Of a DNA stretch of 29,196 nt, positions 23,608 to 29,196 are shown in pieces. The notes beneath the pieces were generated by a model. It worked only from the letters and a program-made list of their open reading frames with translations. It was not told the origin of the DNA and did not search any database. Within the stretch, counting starts at the first letter, position 1; each line of letters starts with the position of its first letter. The position numbers and the translations under genes are program-made. The stretch comes from Sporichthyaceae bacterium. Lineage in GTDB: Bacteria; Actinomycetota; Actinomycetes; JACCUZ01. The stretch is taken from the NCBI GenBank assembly GCA_013698395.1, contig JACCUZ010000121.1, forward strand, positions 1-29,196, given 5' to 3'.

Positions 23608-24804
23608 GTGCAGGCAGCCGAGTCGTCGCCGCACGCCGCGAGCGCCCCTGAGCTGACCGAGCTGGTCGAGCCGCTGCGCCGGTTCGTGCGTTCGCTGGCG
23701 ACCGATCCGCACGACGTCGACGACATCGTCCAGGAGACCGTGGCGACGGTGCTGGCGGTGCGCCACCGGCTAGACGACCAGGCCGCCACCGGCTACGCGT
23801 TTGCAGTGGCCCGCAACCTCGTGCACGACGAACAGCGGGCGGTGGCGAGGCGACGTCGCAACCTGCCGCGCCTGCTCGACCGCAGCGAGCCGGACCAGCC
23901 CGAGGCCACGGTGGTCGCCCTGGAGGAACGACGCGCCTTGCGCTCGGCACTCGAACGCCTGCCCGACGACCAACGGGACCTGATGCTCGCCCACGACGTC
24001 GAGGGACGCCCGCTGTCCGAGGCAGCCGGCGGACGCTCGGCGGGCGCTGCGGCCGCCCAGCTCGGCCGGGCTCGCGCCCGTCTCCGCCTCGACTACGTGC
24101 TCGGGCTACGTCGGGTTGAGCTGCCCACCGATCGCTGTCGACCGGTCCTGCTCGCGTTGTCCACCTCCGATAGGCGGCGTCAGGCCGCCCTGCGTGCGGG
24201 TCGCCACGTGGTCCACTGCGCCACCTGTGCTGAGCTTGCCCCGGTGCTGGTCCGGCGTGAGCGCGCGCTCGCGGGTGTGCTCCCATGGCTGACCGGCGGC
24301 GCTGCTCTTGGTTGGCTGGCACAGCTGGCCCGGCGCCGGTCGGTGCAGGTCGGCTCTGCTGCTACCGCCGCGGGTGTGGTGGCCGTTGCCGCGGTGGCAC
24401 TTGCCCAACCGGCGCCCCAGCCGAACGAGCCACCCAACGGGGCAGCGGTGCGGGCGCCGCTCCTCGTCCAGGATCGTGACCTGCTTTCCCTCGCGGACCG
24501 CGAGCTCCCGCGCTTCACCGGTGACCCCGTGCGGGCTCGGGAGGTACCCGTGCTCGCCGTGCCCGCCGACGAGGGCTTCTGGGTGGGTGAGCCGGGGGCC
24601 CGCATGTGGGTGAAGCTGCGGGTGGGCGGCGAGTCAGGCGTACGTGTGCGAGCCGGCGACGTGGTGTCCTTCCGGGGCATGCTGGTGCGGCATGGTCCTG
24701 AGTTCGCCGACCGGGTCGGCGTCTCGCGACCCGAGGGCGCGGGAGAGCTGAACCGGACCGGTCACCACGTCGATGTGCGGGGCAAGTCCCTCATCGTGCG
24801 CTGA
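23608..24804 (+). CDS. ECF sigma-70 factor with C-terminal ZAS zinc domain, transmembrane helix and extracytoplasmic domain
   Basis: Sigma2 (VDDIVQET...YAFAVARN); sigma4 (LERLPDDQR...EG...QLGRARARLR); C-x22-HxxxCxxC; hydrophobic AAGVVAVAAVALA; Pro-rich linker; beta-rich tail. Start uncertain: 23569 or 23599 ATG, or 23608 GTG, which follows TGnCAAGAT at leaderless spacing. Confidence 0.8.
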   Translation: MQAAESSPHAASAPELTELVEPLRRFVRSLATDPHDVDDIVQETVATVLAVRHRLDDQAATGYAFAVARNLVHDEQRAVARRRRNLPRLLDRSEPDQPEATVVALEERRALRSALERLPDDQRDLMLAHDVEGRPLSEAAGGRSAGAAAAQLGRARARLRLDYVLGLRRVELPTDRCRPVLLALSTSDRRRQAALRAGRHVVHCATCAELAPVLVRRERALAGVLPWLTGGAALGWLAQLARRRSVQVGSAATAAGVVAVAAVALAQPAPQPNEPPNGAAVRAPLLVQDRDLLSLADRELPRFTGDPVRAREVPVLAVPADEGFWVGEPGARMWVKLRVGGESGVRVRAGDVVSFRGMLVRHGPEFADRVGVSRPEGAGELNRTGHHVDVRGKSLIVR

Positions 24805-24873
24805 AGGAGCGCCTGCGCTGAACCGACATGCGCGGGCCTGCAGGCTGTATCCCGATCGACCGAGGGAGCAGAC

Positions 24874-25497
24874 ATGACCAGACTCTCCACCGAGCGCTGG
24901 GCTGCGCTCGCCGGGCTGGGGTTCGTCGCCGCCTACGTGACCGCTTTCTCCATGGGCATCGAGGTGGGGCCCAGCGACCGCGAGATCCTCGACTACTACG
25001 CCGACTCGGGGCACCGCGCACGAGAGGTGGTTGCGTTCTTCCTCATCGCCGCGGCCGCTCTGCTCCTCCTGCTCTTCTCGCATGGTGTGCGAACCGTCAT
25101 CGACCGCGCCGGACCAGGGGGCTCGTCGGCCGCGCGGATCGCCTTCGCCGGAGGACTGGCCGGGTCGATGCTGATCCTCGCCGGGAACGCGCTCTCCCGC
25201 GCGACGGCATTCTCGGCCAGCGATGCCGACTTCGAGCTCGAGCCGAACACGCGCCGGCTGTTCGAGAATGCCGGATTCCTGCTCTTCGTCTGCGGTGCGC
25301 TCGCGGCGATCCTGCTGGCGGCGGGGGTTGCCGTGGCGGCACTGCGACACCGTGTGCTGCCCCCGTGGCTCGGTTGGGCGAGCATCGTCACCGCGATGCC
25401 TCTTCCCCTGGCCATCGGCTTTGTCGGCTTCCTGGTCTTCCTGTTATGGGTCCTGCTCGTCAGCGGGGTGTTGGCGTTTCGACAGTCACCAGGCTGA
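24874..25497 (+). CDS. Integral membrane protein (DUF4386-like)
   Basis: AGGGAG RBS; about 6 hydrophobic segments; VLPPWLGWAS motif. Confidence 0.75.
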   Translation: MTRLSTERWAALAGLGFVAAYVTAFSMGIEVGPSDREILDYYADSGHRAREVVAFFLIAAAALLLLLFSHGVRTVIDRAGPGGSSAARIAFAGGLAGSMLILAGNALSRATAFSASDADFELEPNTRRLFENAGFLLFVCGALAAILLAAGVAVAALRHRVLPPWLGWASIVTAMPLPLAIGFVGFLVFLLWVLLVSGVLAFRQSPG

Positions 25498-25542
25498 GCT
25501 GTACGTAATCACGCGGCCGGTTGCGCGATCGCGCACGCGACC

Positions 25543-26306
25543 TCATCGGGCCGGCCCCCCTGGGGGCCGCAGCGCAGTCATGCCGCCATCCACCGCAAGC
25601 AGCGTTCCGGTGGTGGAGGCGGCGTGTGGACTGGCGAGGTAGGCGATGGCGTGGGCGACTTCCTCGGGGTGATGAGGCGCCCCATCAGTTGACGGGCGCG
25701 GAGCGCGGCCTGCGCGCCGGCGGGGTCTTCTGCCGCCTGCAGGAGCCGCGTGACCCACGGCGTGTCCGTGGTGCCCGGCAGCACCGCGTTCACTCGTATG
25801 CCGTGGGCGAGATGGTCAGCCGCCATGGCGAGCGTGAGAGCTGCGACTGCTCCCTTGCTGGCCGAGTACACGGCGCGTTGGGACACGCCAACAACACCCA
25901 GGACTGAACACACGTTGACGATGGCGGCGTGCCGTGAGGCGGTCAAGTGCGGCAGCGATGCACGCGAAACGCGGACGATGCCCAACAGGTTAATGTTGAG
26001 CACTCGCAGCCATTCGTCGTCGTTGTTGTCGGCGACGGTACCGGTGGCGCCGATGCCCGCGCTGTTCACCACGATGTCTATGCGGCCGAGGCGGTCCGCC
26101 GCGGCGCCGATCGACGCCTCCACGGATTCGGTATCGCCGACATCGCAGGGCATCATCAATTCGGCGGGCGCATCTGGCTTGTGGGAGAGGTAGAAGACGG
26201 CAACCGCGGCGCCGCGGCTGCGGAGCACTCTCACGGTGGCTGCGCCGATGCCGCTCGCTCCGCCGGTCACCACGGCGACCAAGCCCTCGAAGTCCGTCAT
26301 GCCCAT
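25543..26306 (-). pseudogene. Short-chain dehydrogenase (sugar-acid/BDH2-like SDR) with a -1 frameshift
   Basis: TGGASGIG, NSAG, YSASK and PGTTDTPWV are in one frame. The conserved end (PEEVAHAIAYLAS...VDGG) is in another frame; the switch is at the G4 run 25666-25669. Span of 764 nt is one base short of 255 codons. Confidence 0.85.
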
Positions 26307-26468
26307 ATCCCACCGTTCTTGCCTCGAAGCATCACCCTGCGCAGCGCGGGGCGCGTACGCACCCGCCGGCGGGCCAGGCTGGCTGCGGGACACATCCGGG
26401 GCTGGAGACGCCCCGTGTGGCGCCAACCGCGCCACTTCCGTCCCTGCTGCCCCGCTTGTGTCCCGGGG

Positions 26469-28508
26469 TCAGCGCCGGACCAGGGTGAACCCTCCAGGCG
26501 CCACCCTCACCGGCACGGTCCGCGCCGCGGTAGTCGAGGTGCTGAGCAGCCGCGCTTCCCCGTCGTACACCTCGACCACGGCGGGACCGCTGCCCGGCAT
26601 CCGCACAACGGTGTGTGCGACCTTGCTGGCCGCGCTGCGCAGCAGCGCCGTCGCATGACCGCCACCGGCGAGGACATAGCGGGACACCAGCGGCTCGAGC
26701 ATCACGGCATCGATCCTGGCTTCGTCCACCCCATCGGAGGTTGTCTGCACCTCTAGTGCCGTGGCATCGCGTGGAAGCTCGCGACCCAATGTCACTGGCA
26801 GGAGCGCACCCGGTGCCGGTGAGGCACCCTGCGCACCGATCTCGCCCGACCGGACACTGCCGAGCACAGTGTCCTCGGCCGACCAGGTAGTGACCGCGGT
26901 GCTGCCGGGCATCAGGTCCACCACCGGCATCACAAGGCGCTTGGTACTCCCCACGGGAACCGTGAGGGTTGCGGTCGACCCGTCGCCCAGCGCGAGGTAG
27001 CCGACCCCGCCGAAGAGCGATTCACCGGTCCACATCGAGGCCGGTGTCACGACGTGGGCGTCACCCGTCGTCGTGGCGTCCTCCGCCTGCACGGTGGTGG
27101 TCCCGACCCGCTCGACGATGCTCGCTACTAGGGCGTCATGCGCGACGTCTGGGTTGGCGTCGAGCGCGAGCATGGTGAGCAACCCGTGGATCGTGGACTC
27201 GGCGCCGGAGTTGGTGTTGACGACGCCGTCGCCGGAGATGCCGTCGATGGTGCGTCCGGTGTCCGGGTCGTACGCGGGGACGCCGGCCGCGTTTGCTCCG
27301 AAGAACCACGCCGCCTGCATCCCGGCCAGTCGTCGAAGGCCGGTCTTTCCGGTCGCCTCGGCGGTCGCGAGCAGCGACTGGACGCGCGAGTCGGCGCCGT
27401 AGGCGATCTGGGACTGGTCCAGCCGCGTCGGCAGCCGGCCATTGTCCGGGCCGCCCGAGGTGAGCATCCACGGCGTGAACACCGCGGAGTCCTTGACAGC
27501 CGCGGCCACGTACGTGTTCGCGCCCAAGGCCTGGAACGCGCGAGCGAGGGCTGCTGGCATCTGCGAACCCCATGCATGCCATACCGACCGGGACAACGCC
27601 CACGGGTACACCGCGCCGAACGGCCAGTTGCGTGCGTCACCGTCGGAGAGCCTGGCGATGCCTTCGGCGAGTTGGGCGAGCGCGGTCCGTCCCGAGTCAC
27701 TGCCACCGGCCTCGACGTAGGCGGCGAGGCCGAGCACGGCCTCCGCGCTGGCGTCGGCACCGTTCGCGATGAGCCAGGACGGTGTGGGCCGACCGTCGAC
27801 CGACATCAGCTGGGGATAGGTGTCGAGCACCTGACGGTCGACCGCGTCGATGGACAGCTCGAGGCGGTCGCGCAGGAAGGCGGCGAACGCGGCGTCAGCG
27901 GGCTCGTCGGTGGCCGCGAAGGCGGCGTAGCCCTCGCCGAGGGCCCAGATGGTGCGGGCCACCCAGTAGGACGCGTCGCTGTCAGACGGGTCGGGCAGCT
28001 CCACCGGTTCGGCGCTGGGGTTCAAAGTGCCGTCGGGCTGCATCCACAGCACGACGTTGCCGGCATTCTTGCCGCTGGCCGTCTGCAGGTAGGTCAGGCC
28101 GCGCAGCATCTGGTATGCCTTGTCACGGCTGCTCGCCGAGCCGGTGGCGACCCAGTGCCTGATGTAGACGACCGCGGCCCGCGAGACGTCATCGGCGTTG
28201 AACGCACCCTGGCCGTAGGTGTCGGTCGTGGGGTCATACGTCCCTCCGCCAACCCGGGTCAGCACTCCGTCGCGTGGCTCGGCGTAAGTCCAGAGCACGC
28301 CGATCTCGGGCTCCTCGGCGAGCCGGTAGGTCGTGTGCCCTTCCTGGTCCGGAGGGTCGACGGTGTCGCCCAGCCAGTCGAGGTGCGCCAGGTTGGTGAG
28401 GGCCGGTGGGTTCTCCTCCGCGAGGGACGGGCTCGATGGTCCGGCGGGGATGACGGCCAGGGCGATGACGAGGCCGGCCAGCGCGACGAGGGTGCGGCGT
28501 AGGTTCAT
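26469..28508 (-). CDS. Secreted six-hairpin (alpha/alpha toroid) glycosidase-like protein with C-terminal beta-sandwich (CBM-like) region
   Basis: Signal peptide MNLRRTLVALAGLVIALAV...SLA; AAAGGA RBS; motifs NADDVSRA, RTIWALG, AWFFGAN, YDPDTGRTIDG, NTNSGAEST; C-terminal VQAEDA...GYL. Confidence 0.65.
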   Translation of the reverse strand: MNLRRTLVALAGLVIALAVIPAGPSSPSLAEENPPALTNLAHLDWLGDTVDPPDQEGHTTYRLAEEPEIGVLWTYAEPRDGVLTRVGGGTYDPTTDTYGQGAFNADDVSRAAVVYIRHWVATGSASSRDKAYQMLRGLTYLQTASGKNAGNVVLWMQPDGTLNPSAEPVELPDPSDSDASYWVARTIWALGEGYAAFAATDEPADAAFAAFLRDRLELSIDAVDRQVLDTYPQLMSVDGRPTPSWLIANGADASAEAVLGLAAYVEAGGSDSGRTALAQLAEGIARLSDGDARNWPFGAVYPWALSRSVWHAWGSQMPAALARAFQALGANTYVAAAVKDSAVFTPWMLTSGGPDNGRLPTRLDQSQIAYGADSRVQSLLATAEATGKTGLRRLAGMQAAWFFGANAAGVPAYDPDTGRTIDGISGDGVVNTNSGAESTIHGLLTMLALDANPDVAHDALVASIVERVGTTTVQAEDATTTGDAHVVTPASMWTGESLFGGVGYLALGDGSTATLTVPVGSTKRLVMPVVDLMPGSTAVTTWSAEDTVLGSVRSGEIGAQGASPAPGALLPVTLGRELPRDATALEVQTTSDGVDEARIDAVMLEPLVSRYVLAGGGHATALLRSAASKVAHTVVRMPGSGPAVVEVYDGEARLLSTSTTAARTVPVRVAPGGFTLVRR

Positions 28509-28561
28509 GATCGTTTCCTTTGTTGTGGATGGCGCGTCATGGTGGTGGCCGAGGCTGGGCA

Positions 28562-29196
28562 TCACGGCGTCCGGTCGAGCCGCGCGACACCGATCTTCGC
28601 GTCAGCCATGCCGTAGAACACGTAACGGACCCCGTCCACCTCCTCGATCGCAGTCGGGAAGACGACGTTGGGCACGGTGCCCTGGCGCTCGTCCGCGGTT
28701 TCCGGCGTCAGGATCGGCTGGTCGGTCCGCGCCAGCACCCGGGACGGGTCGGCGGCGTCGAGGACCATCGCCCCGGCGGCGTACTCCACGGTCTGGGTGG
28801 TGGGGTCCCAGGCGTCGGGGACCTCGCCCGTCACGCCGTGGTGGATGAGCAGCCAGCCTTCGTCGATACGCACCGGGGGCGGCCCGGCCCCGATCTTCAG
28901 TTCTTCGTACGGGTACATGGGGAGCGCGACACAAGTGTGGTCCTGCGGTCGCGCGAGAGCCCGGATGTCGGCCTCGACAAGCTCGACGGGGACATAGGAG
29001 ATCCAGATCCCCGGCCGCTCGTCGGTGATGCCGGCGGGGAGGTGCGCGATCTCGCCCTCGCGGATCCAGCCGAGGTCCCACATCGGCCGGTGCAGCATCG
29101 CGTAGGACGGTCGCCCGTCGGGCCCGGGCACCGGTTCAGGGAAGAAGACAGCGTCCTTGTTGGGGAACATGCACAGGTCGGTGCCGAGGCCAGGCT
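28562..29196 (-). CDS. GH130-family (PH1107/DUF377-like) glycosidase or mannoside phosphorylase; 5' end outside window
   Basis: Frame open to the window edge (PGLGTDLCMFPNKD); NKDAVFFP, MLHRP, KIGAGPPP, GWLLIHHGV, PNVVFP, YGMAD. Confidence 0.85.
   Translation of the reverse strand, partial: PGLGTDLCMFPNKDAVFFPEPVPGPDGRPSYAMLHRPMWDLGWIREGEIAHLPAGITDERPGIWISYVPVELVEADIRALARPQDHTCVALPMYPYEELKIGAGPPPVRIDEGWLLIHHGVTGEVPDAWDPTTQTVEYAAGAMVLDAADPSRVLARTDQPILTPETADERQGTVPNVVFPTAIEEVDGVRYVFYGMADAKIGVARLDRTP

Noticed and set aside
24819-24850. ECF-type promoter (TGAACC...CTGTAT) before the membrane protein gene
   Set aside because: Spacer of 19-20 nt is too long for a typical ECF promoter.
26387-26464. 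8-bp inverted repeat GGGACACA/TGTGTCCC downstream of the secreted protein, and a possible gene remnant in 26307-26468
   Set aside because: Arms are 62 nt apart and short for GC-rich DNA; the three minus-strand frames give no recognisable protein.
207-28502. Long antisense or alternate-frame ORFs (e.g. 207-1301, 11970-13613, 14895-16049, 17346-18650, 19079-20359, 20347-21732, 22094-23419, 27138-28502)
   Set aside because: Shadow ORFs of GC-rich genes: fully overlapping well-supported CDSs, Arg/Pro/Gly-rich and without motifs.
1-29196. CRISPR arrays, tRNA/rRNA, IS elements, integrases, toxin-antitoxin or defence genes
   Set aside because: No regularly spaced repeats, RNA gene signatures or such protein motifs were seen; nearly all sequence is accounted for by metabolic and regulatory CDSs.

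Overview
High-GC actinobacterial-type DNA. No rRNA, tRNA, CRISPR array, integrase or transposase was recognised. Left edge: 3' part of a Xi-class glutathione transferase and a leaderless PcaF-type thiolase. Centre (about 1840-18740): a 17-kb carbohydrate-catabolism island with three transcription units. (i) Leftward: sgcX-like M42 metallohydrolase, sgcQ (BtpA barrel), LsrB-like sugar ABC importer (SBP, ATPase, two permeases), variant dhaK, dhaL and a Zn alcohol dehydrogenase. (ii) Rightward: DeoR regulator and FGGY kinase. (iii) Leftward: ribulokinase-like FGGY kinase, TPP-dependent E1 alpha and E1 beta, a free-standing lipoyl domain and a SorC/LsrR-type regulator, with no E2 catalytic core or E3. 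This island is the best candidate for an undescribed system. It places the orphan E. coli SgcX/SgcQ pair in an ABC+kinase setting instead of a PTS, and links it to a probable oxidative, lipoyl-dependent ketose cleavage module. Right part: lysine catabolism genes hglS and pcd; a stress-type cluster (truncated DUF1206, PRC-barrel/DUF2382, small HCCC zinc-finger gene) divergent from a membrane-anchored ECF sigma factor with a fused ZAS domain; a frameshifted SDR; and a secreted six-hairpin glycosidase-like protein downstream of a GH130-family gene. Family assignments come from motifs read by eye and recalled family knowledge; no database search was run.
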